Assembly: GCA_965219085.1 (NCBI GenBank)
Contig: OZ244720.1
Coordinates: 2,112,001 to 2,176,000, forward strand
Direction of reading: 5' to 3'
Length of the DNA stretch: 64,000 nt
From: Dehalococcoidia bacterium
GTDB taxonomy: Bacteria > Chloroflexota > Dehalococcoidia > UBA2979
This document shows, in pieces, positions 19,862 through 30,876 of this stretch. Under the pieces are notes generated by a model. That model was not told where the DNA came from. It worked only from the letters and a program-made list of their open reading frames with translations, and did not search any database. The position numbers and the translations under genes were made by a program. Position 1 is the first letter of the stretch. Every line of letters starts with the position of its first letter.

Positions 19862-20791
19862 CTACGGCTCGGGACTCGCGAGGGCGCCCGCCGCCCGCAG
19901 CACCTCGAGCGCCCCGCCAACCGCCTCATCCGGCTCCCGCTGGTCGATCTCCAGCGTCCGCGCGGCCGAGGGCGGCAGGCGGTCAGCCAGCCACGCGAAG
20001 TCCACGTCGCCGTTGCCGGGCGCGCGGTGGTCGCGCAGGCCGGCCACGTCGTGGAGGTGGGCGCCGATCAGGCGGTCGCCGAGGAGGTCGAACCACGCCT
20101 CGAGGTCTACGAGGCCGAGGCGATGCAGCACCTCGGCGTGGCCGACATCGTGCCAGTAGCCGGCGACGTGCGGCGGGTACGGGGCGAGCAGGTCCACGGC
20201 GTCTTCCGGCAGCGGGATCTCGTGGAACCACAGCCGGCACTCGAGGCCGATCGCGACGCCTTGCGGCTCGGCGTATGCCACGAGCTCGGCCAGCGAGCGC
20301 CGTGCCTGCTCGAGGTGCTCCGGGGCGCGCTCGGCCCGCTCGCGGTGCGCCTCGGCGACCGTCGCGGCCCGCGCCGCCGGGTCGGTGTCGCCGCGGTTGT
20401 AGGCGTCGCGCAGCCGCCGGTCGGCGGTGATCCCGCGGTTCCCCGCCGCGCCGAGGTGCACGACCACCGCGCTCGCGCCTGCCTCGGCGGCGGCGTCGAC
20501 GGAGCGCAGCGTGTAGCGCACGGCCGCCTCGCGCTCACCGTCATCGGTGGATGCGAGGTTGAGGTTGCGGTTCCAGCCGCGCGCGGGGTCGCGCTCAAGC
20601 GGCGCGGGGGCGTGGACGGCGGTCACCGGGAGCACGTCGGCCGCGAGGATCGCGCCGATCTGCGCCGCGTCCATCGAGTGGTTGACCTCGATCGCGTCGT
20701 AGCCGAGCTCGGCGGCCCGCTCCATGAACGCGCGCAGGTCGCGCTCAAAGCGCGGCTGCACCGCCCACATGGTGCTGAGCGCGACGGGCAT
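19862..20791 (-). CDS. Sugar phosphate isomerase/epimerase family TIM-barrel protein
   Basis: GYDAIEV, GLE, DVGH, HLHD, H.APG.G.VDF, LE metal-binding pattern. Confidence 0.85.
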   Translation of the reverse strand: MPVALSTMWAVQPRFERDLRAFMERAAELGYDAIEVNHSMDAAQIGAILAADVLPVTAVHAPAPLERDPARGWNRNLNLASTDDGEREAAVRYTLRSVDAAAEAGASAVVVHLGAAGNRGITADRRLRDAYNRGDTDPAARAATVAEAHRERAERAPEHLEQARRSLAELVAYAEPQGVAIGLECRLWFHEIPLPEDAVDLLAPYPPHVAGYWHDVGHAEVLHRLGLVDLEAWFDLLGDRLIGAHLHDVAGLRDHRAPGNGDVDFAWLADRLPPSAARTLEIDQREPDEAVGGALEVLRAAGALASPEP

Positions 20792-20814
20792 CGCGCCCGC
20801 GGGGTCGGCGGTGG

Positions 20815-21942
20815 TCAACCGCGCTGCGTGATGAGCGCGTCCAGCTCGATCCGCAGCCGCCCGAGCACCTCGTCGTACGGGAACGCGCCGACGGTCTCCG
20901 AGCCGCGCTTGAGGTTCACGGCGGCCGGGCCGCACCAGAGCCCGAGGTCGGCGTCGTCGGTCTCGCCGGGGCCGTTCACGCGACAGCCCATGATGGCGAT
21001 CGTCAGGTCATGCTCCCGTGCGTACTCGGTCATCTCGCGCACGTCGCGCGCGAGGTCGATGAACGCCTCGTTCTCGACCCGCGAGCAGGAGGGGCAGGAG
21101 ATGATGTTCAGCCCCTCGGGGAGGATGGTCGGGAGGCTGCGGAAACGGCCGGACTCGATGTCGGCGAGGATGCGCCGCCCCGTGTCGATCTCCGTGCCCT
21201 TCTCCTCGAACGGCAGGGTGAGCGAGACGCGCAGCGTGTCGCCGATGCCCTCGGGGATGAGCTGCTCGAAGGCGAGCCGCGTCTTGATCTCGCCCTCCGG
21301 CAGCATCCCCGCCTCGGTCACGCCGAGGTGCAGGGGCACGTCGGGGCGCTGCATCGAGAAGCGGCGGTTGCCCTCGACGACCTTGAGCCAGTCGGAGTCC
21401 TTGAGCGAGACGACGTAACGGGTGAAGCCGAGGTCGTCGAGCATCGCGCAGTGTTCGAGCGCGCTCTCGACCATCGCGCCGACGTCGTCGTCGCCGAAGC
21501 GCTCGATCATGACGGGGTCGACGGAGCCGCAGTTCACGCCGACGCGGATGGCGCAGTCGTTGCGCTCGGCGATCTCGGCGAGGAAGGCGACCTTGTCGCG
21601 CGTCGGCTTCTCGCGTTCGTGGTGGTAGAGGTGGCCGGGGTTGTAGCGCACCTTGTCGACGTGCGGCGCGACGATCTCGGCGAGTCGGTAGTTCTCCTGC
21701 AGGTCCACCGAGAGCGTGGCCGAGGTGCGGCCCCGCACCTCCGCGAGAGCCTCGACGTCCTTGCGGGAGTCGACGGCGATGCGAACGATGTCGGCGCCGG
21801 CGGCCTCCAGCAGTTCGACCTGGCGCACGGTGGCCTCGACGTTCTGTGTCTTGGTCGCGGCCATCGACTGCACGGCGATGGGCGAGCCCGCGCCGACGGT
21901 GATGGGTCCGATGCGTACTGTACGGGTGGGATTGCGAGCCAT
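20815..21942 (-). CDS. ispG: HMBPP synthase (MEP pathway)
   Basis: [37 protein letters not shown]...[10 protein letters not shown]. Confidence 0.96.
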   Translation of the reverse strand: MARNPTRTVRIGPITVGAGSPIAVQSMAATKTQNVEATVRQVELLEAAGADIVRIAVDSRKDVEALAEVRGRTSATLSVDLQENYRLAEIVAPHVDKVRYNPGHLYHHEREKPTRDKVAFLAEIAERNDCAIRVGVNCGSVDPVMIERFGDDDVGAMVESALEHCAMLDDLGFTRYVVSLKDSDWLKVVEGNRRFSMQRPDVPLHLGVTEAGMLPEGEIKTRLAFEQLIPEGIGDTLRVSLTLPFEEKGTEIDTGRRILADIESGRFRSLPTILPEGLNIISCPSCSRVENEAFIDLARDVREMTEYAREHDLTIAIMGCRVNGPGETDDADLGLWCGPAAVNLKRGSETVGAFPYDEVLGRLRIELDALITQRG

Positions 21943-22056
21943 CGGCCGTCCTCCTGATGCCACGTCTCGATCTTGCCACGTGGGACGGCGCGCCACCACC
22001 ATCCCGCGGCGAAGCTGGTGACACGGACGATTCCTCGCGGAGGGCGAGTAGTCAGA

Positions 22057-22077
22057 TGTACGGTGTGGGCGTACAAT
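22057..22077 (+). promoter_or_regulatory. higBA operator/promoter
   Basis: TGTACG-N7-CGTACA dyad overlapping TACAAT, 6 nt before the toxin ATG. Confidence 0.6.
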
Positions 22078-22083
22078 CGACGC

Positions 22084-22374
22084 ATGAGGATTCGCTCGGT
22101 TCGGCATCAAGGCTTGCGGCGATTCGTCGAGAACGACGACCCGCGGCTTCTCGGCCCCCAGTTGGTGGATCGGATCCGCAAAATCCTCACGGCCCTGCTT
22201 CTGGCACAGGACGCGGATCGCTTTCGTGCCGATGCACCGGGAGGCTGGCGAGTTCACAAGCTCTTGGGCGACCGAAGGGACGAGTGGAGCGTTTCGGTCT
22301 CCGCGAATTGGCGGATTACATTCGAGGAGGAGAACGGGTACATTGCTCGCCTCAACCTTGAGGACTACCACTGA
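22084..22374 (+). CDS. higB: HigB/RelE-family toxin
   Basis: HKL.GDR...[13 protein letters not shown]...L.DYH. Confidence 0.92.
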   Translation: MRIRSVRHQGLRRFVENDDPRLLGPQLVDRIRKILTALLLAQDADRFRADAPGGWRVHKLLGDRRDEWSVSVSANWRITFEEENGYIARLNLEDYH

Positions 22375-22458
22375 TGGTGATGACACTTGCGAGGGCGAGC
22401 TACTTGCGTGGTCTTTCATGTCTTGGAAGTAGGACATTCGCTAGAAGGACTCGTGATC

Positions 22459-22764
22459 ATGGATTCGAGCGAAGTACAGGTGAAGATGACCCCCTCGCAC
22501 CCGGGGGAGTTCATCCGAACCGAGATCGTCGAGGAGTATGGCCTGAGCGTGACGGAGGCGGCCGAGATCCTGGGCGTGCGGCGGGCGACTCTGTCGGATT
22601 TGCTGCACGGCAAGGCCGCACTCTCACCGGAAATGGCCCTGCGCATCGAGAAGGCGTTCGACGTCAGCATGGACATGCTGCTTCGGATGCAAGCCTGGTA
22701 CGACGCGTCCCGAATGCGCGCTCGCGCTGATGAGGTCACCGTCCGTCGTTACCAGCCCGCCTGA
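22459..22764 (+). CDS. higA: HigA-family antitoxin (Xre HTH)
   Basis: PSHPGE, LS.TEAA..LGV.R.TLS, SPEMALRIEKAF. Confidence 0.92.
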   Translation: MDSSEVQVKMTPSHPGEFIRTEIVEEYGLSVTEAAEILGVRRATLSDLLHGKAALSPEMALRIEKAFDVSMDMLLRMQAWYDASRMRARADEVTVRRYQPA

Positions 22765-22804
22765 GCCCCCGAGTCGTACCGACCGGAGCCGCCTGAGAAC
22801 ACGA

Positions 22805-24025
22805 CTACCGGAAGAGCGACTCGCCGTTGGCGATGCGGGTGATGTCGAAGAACGTCACGATCGCCGCGAGGGCGATGAACAGCACGAAGCCCACGAGGTG
22901 GACCATCGCCTCCTTCTCCGGCGCGATCCGCCGCCCGCCCCGCACCACCTCGATCAGCAGGAACATCACGCGCCCGCCATCGAGCATCGGCAGCGGGAGC
23001 AGGTTCAGCACGCCGAGGTTGATCGAGAGGATCGCGGCGAGCTGTAAGACCACGGTAAAGCCGCCCGCGCGCGCGACCTCCCCCGTCGTCTGCGCGAGGC
23101 CGACCGGGCCCGTCACCGCGGGGCTCGAGCCGCCCTTGATCCAGGACAGCACCTCGTTGCGTGCGAGGATCATCGTGTCGACCGTCGACTGGAAGCCGCG
23201 CGGCACGGACACCCACGGCGGGTCGGCCCTCCGCTCGGTGAACGGCACGCAGCCGTAGCCGCCGACGAGGGTGCACTGGGGGCGGATCGTGATGCCCGTG
23301 GGACCTTGCCCCTCGGGAGGCGACCAGCGTGGCACGACGGTGAGCGTGACGAAGTCCTGGCCGCGGCGCACGCGCACGTCGATCTCGTTGCCGAGGTTGA
23401 GGCGGATCAGCCGGCCCGCGTCGATGGCGTTGCGCGTCTCGCGGCCGGCGACGTCGTAGATCACGTCGTCGGTCAGGAAGCCGGCGGCCTCGGCCGGTGC
23501 GCCCGGGATGACCGTCATGATCACCGCGCGCCCGATCGGCTCGTCGTGGGGGATGCTGTACGCCGCCGCGAACAACACGACCGGCAGCGCGAGGTTCATC
23601 AGTGACCCCGACACGAGCACGATGAAGCGATGCATCCGCGGGGCGGCGGCCAGCGACCGGGGATTGTTCGGGTCCTCCTCGCCGAGCAGCCGCACGAAGC
23701 CGCCGAGGGGCAGCCAGTTGATGGTGTACTCGGTCTCGCCGCGCCGGAAGCCGGCGATGCGCGGCGGGAAGCCGACGCCGAACTCGAGCACCTTGATGCC
23801 GAAGAGCTTCGCCGTCAGGAAGTGCGCGAACTCGTGCGCGACAACGAGGAAGATGAGGATCCCGCCGAACAGCAGCGCCGCGCTCGTTGCGTCGCGCTTC
23901 AGCATGAACGCGAGCACGATCGCGACGATGACCGTCGAGGCGAGGCTCAGCCGCCGCAGGTTCGAGGTGCGCGGCTTGCCCTCGGGCTCCGGGGCGGGTT
24001 CCGGCGGCGGGTCGTGAAAGCTCAT
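22805..24025 (-). CDS. rseP: M50 intramembrane metalloprotease with PDZ domain
   Basis: HEFAH, NLLPLPMLDGG; follows dxr. Confidence 0.93.
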   Translation of the reverse strand: MSFHDPPPEPAPEPEGKPRTSNLRRLSLASTVIVAIVLAFMLKRDATSAALLFGGILIFLVVAHEFAHFLTAKLFGIKVLEFGVGFPPRIAGFRRGETEYTINWLPLGGFVRLLGEEDPNNPRSLAAAPRMHRFIVLVSGSLMNLALPVVLFAAAYSIPHDEPIGRAVIMTVIPGAPAEAAGFLTDDVIYDVAGRETRNAIDAGRLIRLNLGNEIDVRVRRGQDFVTLTVVPRWSPPEGQGPTGITIRPQCTLVGGYGCVPFTERRADPPWVSVPRGFQSTVDTMILARNEVLSWIKGGSSPAVTGPVGLAQTTGEVARAGGFTVVLQLAAILSINLGVLNLLPLPMLDGGRVMFLLIEVVRGGRRIAPEKEAMVHLVGFVLFIALAAIVTFFDITRIANGESLFR

Positions 24026-24050
24026 GACGCGCCCGCGGGCCACTGCCCGC

Positions 24051-25205
24051 TCATGACGCACCGGCGCCGACGCGCTCGTCGACGAAGTGGCGACCCCACG
24101 CCTCGGCGGCGATCAGCGCGTCGAGGTCCGGGTCGGCCGTCGCGGGGTGCGCCTCGAGGGCCTCGCCGAGCAGCCGCGCGATGTCCGTGAAGCGGCAGCG
24201 CCCGGCGAGGAAGTGCTCGACTGCGGAGTCGTCGGCGCCGGAGAGCGCTGCCGCGGAGGTGTCGTCGCGTCGTCCGGCCTCCAGCACGAGCGGCAGCGCC
24301 GGGAAGCGCTCCTCGTCGATCGCGCCGAAGTGCAGCGCGCCGCGTGCGGCAAGGTCGAGCGGTGGCGCGGGCTGCTGGCGGGCGCGCTCCGGGTAGGTGA
24401 GCGCGCACTGGATGGGCAGCCGCATGTCGGGCTCGCCGAGCTGCGCCTTGATGGAGCCGTCGGCGTACGTTACCAGCGAATGCACGACGCTTTCGCGGTG
24501 CTGGACGATGTCGATGCGGTCGATGCCGATGTCGAAGAGCCAGCGCGCCTCGATAGCCTCGAGGCCCTTGTTGAACAGCGTGGCGCTGTCGATGGTGACC
24601 TTCGGGCCCATCTCCCACGTCGGATGGCGCAACGCCTGCTCCGGCGTGACCTGTTCGAGCGCGGCGAGGTCGTAGTCGCGGAAGGCGCCGCCGGAGGCGG
24701 TGAGCGTGAGGCGGTCGACGGTCTCCATCGGCTCGCCCCACAGGCATTGCCAGATCGCGGAGTGCTCCGAGTCGATCGGCCGCAGCTCGGCGCCACGGTG
24801 GGCGTTGGCCTCGAGCGCGGCGCGCACGACGTGCCCGCCGACGACGAGCACTTCCTTGTTGGCGAGCGCGACGACCTTGGCGGCTTCGAGCCCTCGCAGC
24901 GTCGGCTCCAGCCCGTGCCGCCCCGAGGTGGCGACGACGACGATGTCGAGGTCGGGCCGCGCGGCGAGCACGTCGAGTGGTTGCCAGTTGTCGCGGCCGA
25001 ACTCGGAGGCGAGAGCGTCGGCCTCGGGGCCGGGGCGCGCCCACGCGGCCTGCGGGCGGAACTCGTCGATCTGCTCGCGCAGCAGCGAGACGTTCCCGCC
25101 GGCGGCGAGCGCGACCACGCGGAAGCGATCGGAGAGGCCACGCACCACGTCGAGCGTCTGCGTGCCGATGGAGCCGGTCGATCCGAGGATCGCGAGGCCG
25201 ATCAC
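24051..25205 (-). CDS. dxr: 1-deoxy-D-xylulose-5-phosphate reductoisomerase
   Basis: LGSTGSIG, LANKE, PIDSEHSA, HPTWEMGPKVTIDSAT. Confidence 0.98.
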   Translation of the reverse strand: MIGLAILGSTGSIGTQTLDVVRGLSDRFRVVALAAGGNVSLLREQIDEFRPQAAWARPGPEADALASEFGRDNWQPLDVLAARPDLDIVVVATSGRHGLEPTLRGLEAAKVVALANKEVLVVGGHVVRAALEANAHRGAELRPIDSEHSAIWQCLWGEPMETVDRLTLTASGGAFRDYDLAALEQVTPEQALRHPTWEMGPKVTIDSATLFNKGLEAIEARWLFDIGIDRIDIVQHRESVVHSLVTYADGSIKAQLGEPDMRLPIQCALTYPERARQQPAPPLDLAARGALHFGAIDEERFPALPLVLEAGRRDDTSAAALSGADDSAVEHFLAGRCRFTDIARLLGEALEAHPATADPDLDALIAAEAWGRHFVDERVGAGAS

Positions 25206-25230
25206 AGTCGTGCCGATCCCGGGGTGGGAG

Positions 25231-26013
25231 CTACAGCCATTGCACGATCCAGTATAGACACGGCCCGGCGAAGAGCAGGGAATCCATGCGGTCGAGGAGA
25301 CCGCCGTGGCCGGGCAGCAAGCTGGAGGTGTCCTTTATCCCGATCCGGCGCTTGAGCGCGGACTCGGCGAGGTCGCCGACCACGGCCGCGACGGGCAGCG
25401 TCGCGGCTGTCAGCGCGAGCACCACCGGGCCCGGGTCGATGCCGAGCGCGAGTGGGGTCCCGATCGCGGCGGCGATACCGGCGACGTACCCGCCGGCGAA
25501 GCCCTCCCACGTCTTGCCCGGCGAGATGCCCGGCGCCATCAGGTGCGAGCCGAGGAGCCGCCCGACCGCGTACGCGCCGGTGTCCGTCGCGAACGTCACG
25601 GCGAGCAGCACGAGGATCCACGCGCGACCATCGTCGATGTCGCGCAGCAGCACCCAGTGCGTGCCGAGTATGCCGACGTACATGACCGAGCCGAGCCACC
25701 ACGCCTCGCGGAAGTGTCGCGGGCCGGGGCCGGGGCGCAGCAGCCCGTAGAGCGCGATGGCCGGGAGCAGGAGCAGCGCCCATACGGGGAAGTCGTCGAG
25801 TTGCCGCGTCCACGCGACGAGCATCGCCGTGGCGACGGCAGCGCTGAGCGGCACGTAGCGCGGACGCTCGGGCGTCGCGGCGCGCACCAGCTCGTACGTC
25901 GCGGCGGCGAGGAGGACGGTGACGGCCGCGGCAAAGACGGTGGCGGGCGCGGCGACCAGCAGCGCGAGGAGCGGCAGCCCCACGGCCGCCACGGCCAGCC
26001 GCGCGCGCAGCAC
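25231..26013 (-). CDS. cdsA: Phosphatidate cytidylyltransferase
   Basis: DTGAY..GR, ISPGKTWEG, GDL.ES..KR..GIKD...LLPGHGGLLDRMDS. Confidence 0.95.
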   Translation of the reverse strand: MLRARLAVAAVGLPLLALLVAAPATVFAAAVTVLLAAATYELVRAATPERPRYVPLSAAVATAMLVAWTRQLDDFPVWALLLLPAIALYGLLRPGPGPRHFREAWWLGSVMYVGILGTHWVLLRDIDDGRAWILVLLAVTFATDTGAYAVGRLLGSHLMAPGISPGKTWEGFAGGYVAGIAAAIGTPLALGIDPGPVVLALTAATLPVAAVVGDLAESALKRRIGIKDTSSLLPGHGGLLDRMDSLLFAGPCLYWIVQWL

Positions 26014-26033
26014 GGAGTCGCCCGCTGCCTGCG

Positions 26034-26792
26034 CTACGAGCCGCCGTCCGCGCCGTTGCCGGGGACGAGGCCGAAGCGACGGCGGCGGTGGCTGAACTCG
26101 ACGAGCGCGGTGTCCACGTCGGCCGGCCCGAAGTCTGGCCAGAGCGTGGGCGTGAAGTAGTACTCGGCGTAGGCGGCCTGCCACACGAGGAAGTTGGAGA
26201 TGCGGTGCTCGCCGCCGGTGCGCACGAGCAGGTCCGGGCTCGGCATGTCGGCCGTGGCGAGGCGGCAGGCGATTGCTTCCTCGGTCACGTCGGCGGGCTC
26301 CACGCCCTCCGCGATCAGTCGGCGCACGGCCTGCACGACGTCGGCGCGCCCGCCGTAGTTGAAGGCGAGGTTGACGGTCATGCGGTCGTTGCCGGCGGTG
26401 AGCTTCACTGCTGCCTCGACCTTGCGGCGCAGCGCATCCGGCACCGCCGCCAGGTCGCCGATGTGCTGGAGGCGGATGTGCGAGTCATGCAGCGCCTCGA
26501 GCTCGCGGTCGATCGTGCGTCCGGCCAGCCGCAGCAGGTAGTCGGTCTCCGTGCGGGGGCGCCCCCAGTTCTCGGTCGAGAAGGCGAAGAGCGTCAGCAC
26601 GGGAATCTCGTGCTCGGCGAAGCGTTCGAGCACGCCCCGGATGCGCTCGGCGCCGGCGCGGTGGCCCTGCTGGCGGCTCAGGCCGCGTTCGCTCGCCCAG
26701 CGGCCGTTGCCGTCCATGATGATCGCGACGTGCTGGGGCCGGTTCGCGAGGTGGGGGCGCGGAAGGGCTGGCGCGGCCGGTTCAACGACCAT
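26034..26792 (-). CDS. uppS: Polyprenyl (undecaprenyl) diphosphate synthase
   Basis: HVAIIMDGNGRWA, FSTENW.RP, RTGGE.RISNFL.WQ. Confidence 0.97.
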   Translation of the reverse strand: MVVEPAAPALPRPHLANRPQHVAIIMDGNGRWASERGLSRQQGHRAGAERIRGVLERFAEHEIPVLTLFAFSTENWGRPRTETDYLLRLAGRTIDRELEALHDSHIRLQHIGDLAAVPDALRRKVEAAVKLTAGNDRMTVNLAFNYGGRADVVQAVRRLIAEGVEPADVTEEAIACRLATADMPSPDLLVRTGGEHRISNFLVWQAAYAEYYFTPTLWPDFGPADVDTALVEFSHRRRRFGLVPGNGADGGS

Positions 26793-26921
26793 GCGGCGTC
26801 ACCATCGCGCGTGCTCTTTCCGTGCGAGCGTTGCCGGGGGTCTTCGAGGCGTCCCGGGCGGCTCTGCTGGCAGTCTTGCCGCCCCGGCGCTTACGCGCAT
26901 GCGCGATCAAGCCCGATCACG

Positions 26922-27482
26922 CTAGATCTCGAGGAGTTCCTGCTCCTTCTGCTCGCTCACCTCGTCGATGAGCCCCGTGTGGAGCTGGGTGAGCTCGTCG
27001 ACGTCGGACTGCGCGCGGCGCTCGTCGTCCTCCGACAGATCGCCCGCGCGCAGGGACTTCCGCAACTCGTCGATCGCGCTGCGGCGGACGTTGCGCACCG
27101 CGACCTTGCCGTCCTCGGAGCGGGCGTGGACCTGCCGCACGAGTTCGCGGCGGCGCTCCTCGGTCAGCGGCGGGATCGGCAGGCGGATGATCGTGCCGTC
27201 GTTACTCGGCGTGATGCCCAGGTCGCTCGCCTGGATGGCCCGCATGATCGGCTGCAGGGCGGACTTGTCCCACGGCTGCACCGTGAGCAGCGTCGGGTCC
27301 GGCGCGGCCAGCGTCGCGAGCTGGTTGAGCGGCATCGTCTGGTCGTAGTGCGAGACCTGCATGTGCTCGACCAGCGCGGTGTTCGCGCGGCCCGTGCGCA
27401 CGGTGGCGAGCGCCTGACGCAGCGAGGCGACCGCCTTGTCCATGCGGTCCTCGGCGTCCAGGAGGACCTCGTCGACCTCCAC
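26922..27482 (-). CDS. frr: Ribosome recycling factor
   Basis: VRTGRAN, PPLTEERR.ELV. Confidence 0.97.
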   Translation of the reverse strand: MEVDEVLLDAEDRMDKAVASLRQALATVRTGRANTALVEHMQVSHYDQTMPLNQLATLAAPDPTLLTVQPWDKSALQPIMRAIQASDLGITPSNDGTIIRLPIPPLTEERRRELVRQVHARSEDGKVAVRNVRRSAIDELRKSLRAGDLSEDDERRAQSDVDELTQLHTGLIDEVSEQKEQELLEI

Positions 27483-27522
27483 GCCGCTCTCCCGTTCCGG
27501 GCCGTCCGGGACTCGTCCCCGG

Positions 27523-28026
27523 CTACTCGCCCAATTCGAAGCGCACGAAGCGCGTCACGCGAATGTTCTCGCCCGTCGAGGCGATGGTCTCCTCGATGCG
27601 CTGTTGCACCGTCTGGGAGGCGTCCTTCACGAACGCCTGCGTGAGCAGTGCCGACTGCTCGCGCTCGCCTTCCGGCACCTCATCGTCGACGTCCTCGGGT
27701 GCGAGCGCGGCCGGGTTCATCGCCGCCACCTGCATCGCGACGTCGCGCGCGAGCGCGCGGAAGTCGTCCGTGCGCGCGACGAAGTCCGTCTCGCAGTTGA
27801 TCTCGACGAGGACGCCGATGCGGCCCTCGCCGTGGATGTAGGACTCGACGACGCCCTGCGACGTCGCGCGGTCGGATCGCCTGGCGGCCTGGGCGATGCC
27901 GCGCTCGCGCAGCAATGCACGGGCGCGCTCGAAGTCGCCCTCGGCGTCGTCGAGGGCGCGCTTGGAGTCCATCACGCCTGCGCCGGTCTCTTCGCGCAGG
28001 CGTCTCACATCGTCAACGGTGACCAC
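27523..28026 (-). CDS. tsf: Elongation factor Ts (short form)
   Basis: LREETGAGVMD.K.AL, EINCETDFVAR, GENI.V.RF.RFELGE. Confidence 0.96.
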   Translation of the reverse strand: MVTVDDVRRLREETGAGVMDSKRALDDAEGDFERARALLRERGIAQAARRSDRATSQGVVESYIHGEGRIGVLVEINCETDFVARTDDFRALARDVAMQVAAMNPAALAPEDVDDEVPEGEREQSALLTQAFVKDASQTVQQRIEETIASTGENIRVTRFVRFELGE

Positions 28027-28102
28027 GTCGCTCCCTTGTCCTTGCTGTAGGTGCGGCGCGCGTGCGCCCGGTGGATGCTGTTTGAGCCTGCCGGCGGCAG
28101 GG

Positions 28103-28921
<819 letters not shown>

Positions 28922-29136
28922 GTGGGCCTCCTCGTGGTTGTCCTCGGTCTGGTGCGCCGGGGGCTCAACGGCCACGCGTCAAGGCGCGCGCTTACGCCGC
29001 GCACGGTCAACGAGTATAGCCCCGGCCCGAGTTACCGCGCCAACGCGATTGGCACGCGCTGGCCGTCGCACCTACACTTGGCGGGCGCCGCAGCGGGGGC
29101 TGCGGCGTTGTGGCGATCGGCGGAGGTCCGCGATTC

Positions 29137-29460
29137 GTGCCTGCGTACGACTACCTGTGTGAAGCCGGCCACCACTACGAGAAGCGCGAGCCGTTCGGCT
29201 CGCCGCCGCAACAGCCGTGCGAGGAATGCGGCCAGCCCGCACGCCGCCAGTTCAGCACGCCGACCGTCGTGTTCAAGGGCGCCGGTTGGTACAAGACCGA
29301 CAGCCGCGGCAAGGCCCAACCCGAGGAGTCCAAGGAAGCCTCCGACACCAAGAGGGAAGCCGCGTCCTCCAAGAAGGACCGGGAGAGCAAGTCCTCCTCC
29401 AGCAACGGCAGCAGCTCGTCGGGCTCGACCTCCAGCGCTTCCAAGAGCAGCAGCAACTAG
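29137..29460 (+). CDS. FmdB-family zinc-ribbon protein
   Basis: P.Y.Y.C...H...CEECG...FKG.GWY.TD with Ser-rich tail. Confidence 0.88.
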   Translation: MPAYDYLCEAGHHYEKREPFGSPPQQPCEECGQPARRQFSTPTVVFKGAGWYKTDSRGKAQPEESKEASDTKREAASSKKDRESKSSSSNGSSSSGSTSSASKSSSN

Positions 29461-29472
29461 GCCCCATCCGCC

Positions 29473-29937
29473 ATGCGCGCCGTGCTGCAGCGCGTGCGCT
29501 CCGCGCGCGTCCTCGTCGACGGCGAGGTCGTCGGCGCGATCGGGCGCGGCGTGCTCGTCTACGTCGGGGTCGCCGAGGGTGACTCGACCGCCGAGGCGGA
29601 GTGGTTGGCCGACAAGATCGCCGGTCTGCGCATCTTCCCCGGCGATGAGCGCCCCATCGACCGCTCGCTGCTCGACGTGGGCGGGGCGGCGCTCGTGGTC
29701 TCGCAGTTCACGCTGCTCGCGGACACTCGCCGCGGGCGTCGCCCCTCGTTCACCGGCGCGGCGCCGCCCGGGGTCGCGGAGCCGCTCGTCGATGCCGTCG
29801 CGGAGGCGCTGCGCGCGAGCGGCGTCGAGGTGGCGACGGGGCGCTTCGGGGCGATGATGCAGGTCGAAAGCACGAACGACGGCCCGGTGACCATCGTCCT
29901 CGACAGCGCGGACCGGGAGCGGCCGCGGCGAGGGTAG
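29473..29937 (+). CDS. dtd: D-aminoacyl-tRNA deacylase
   Basis: [25 protein letters not shown]. Confidence 0.97.
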   Translation: MRAVLQRVRSARVLVDGEVVGAIGRGVLVYVGVAEGDSTAEAEWLADKIAGLRIFPGDERPIDRSLLDVGGAALVVSQFTLLADTRRGRRPSFTGAAPPGVAEPLVDAVAEALRASGVEVATGRFGAMMQVESTNDGPVTIVLDSADRERPRRG

Positions 29938-29944
29938 GGACGGC

Positions 29945-30325
29945 TCAGGTCTGGAAGCCGAGCGCCGCGGCCACCTCGGCTTGCCGGCGGTCGAGTGTGA
30001 CGAAGGTCACCATCTCTGGATCCGGCGCAGCGTAGAGAGCCGCCGCGACGTGCCAAAGGTCAGCACCACGCAGATACCCAGCACCGAGCACCGTGACGAG
30101 TTCCGGCGTCAGAGGACGGTCGGGTAGCACCCAGGTGACGCCTCTCGTGAGTTGGGGATCGAGCACGCGGCCCTCGCGGCTCAGTCCGGCTCGGAGCTCG
30201 GCTTCGAGAAGATTCGACGAGGCGACCGAGGTGAATTGCCTGAGCCGTTGCTCGACCGCTGGCCTCGTCGATTCGCTGAAAGCGACTGCCAACAGGGCGG
30301 AGGTGTCGACGTAAGCGATGCTCAC
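29945..30325 (-). CDS. vapC: VapC-like PIN-domain toxin
   Basis: YVDTSAL, LRGADLWH.A.A, TLDRRQ; overlaps antitoxin stop. Confidence 0.88.
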   Translation of the reverse strand: MSIAYVDTSALLAVAFSESTRPAVEQRLRQFTSVASSNLLEAELRAGLSREGRVLDPQLTRGVTWVLPDRPLTPELVTVLGAGYLRGADLWHVAAALYAAPDPEMVTFVTLDRRQAEVAAALGFQT

Positions 30326-30597
30326 TCGTTGCGGTCGGCGAGGAAGCGGTCGAGTGCCCCTGGAATGGGCTCGGCCGGAGGGGGCGGGCGCCACGGCTCG
30401 GTGGCGCGAATCACGGCGCCGCGGCGCGCGAGTTCGTCAAGATGCGCTTCAGCGGAGTCTTGATTCCTACGGATCGGGTGGATCTCGGCCACCGGCTTCC
30501 CGCGGTAGGTCACGGTGACGGTCTCACCGGCCCGTACCTGGCGGAGAACCTCGGAGAAGCGCGCCTTCGCTTCGTACGTGGAGTACGTGGTTGCCAT
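30322..30597 (-). CDS. Phd/YefM-family antitoxin
   Basis: EAKARFSEVL..V..GE.V.VT.RGKPVA.I.P. Confidence 0.92.
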   Translation of the reverse strand: MATTYSTYEAKARFSEVLRQVRAGETVTVTYRGKPVAEIHPIRRNQDSAEAHLDELARRGAVIRATEPWRPPPPAEPIPGALDRFLADRNE

Positions 30598-30609
30598 GGC
30601 TCTATTCTA

Positions 30610-30628
30610 ACTAGTCAGACTAGTCTGA
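30610..30628. promoter_or_regulatory. Palindromic operator of the phd-vapC pair
   Basis: Overlapping dyads ACTAGTC-A-GACTAGT and TCAGACTAGTCTGA next to TAGAAT, 6 nt before the phd ATG. Confidence 0.65.
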
Positions 30629-30835
30629 TCCAGCGGAGAGGTCATCGAAATCGCGGTTGCGGTCCGCGAGGAACCGCTCAAGGGCGCCGGGGGAATGTGT
30701 GATCGGACGCAGGGGCTTCATCGGCCCGGTGGGCGGAACCAGAACCCCGCGCCGCTCGAGTTCGGCGATACGCTCTTCGAAGCGATCGGCCCCGGACGAA
30801 CCTCGAGGGTCGCCGGGCGTGTCTTCATTGCTCAT
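30620..30835 (-). CDS. 71-aa orphan protein homologous to the C-terminal half of the adjacent antitoxin
   Basis: ELERRG...PGALERFLADRN versus ELARRG...PGALDRFLADRN; TACGCT 6 nt before ATG. Confidence 0.65.
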   Translation of the reverse strand: MSNEDTPGDPRGSSGADRFEERIAELERRGVLVPPTGPMKPLRPITHSPGALERFLADRNRDFDDLSAGSD

Positions 30836-30876
30836 CCAACCAGCGTACGCCGCGCGGCGCACGGCACCAATGCCGC

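Noticed and set aside
20815-22437. 540-aa N-terminally extended IspG
   Set aside because: Extension is antisense to higB; AGGAGG precedes the ATG at 21942
26793-26921. Structured RNA between frr and uppS
   Set aside because: GC-rich pairing only; no recognisable motif
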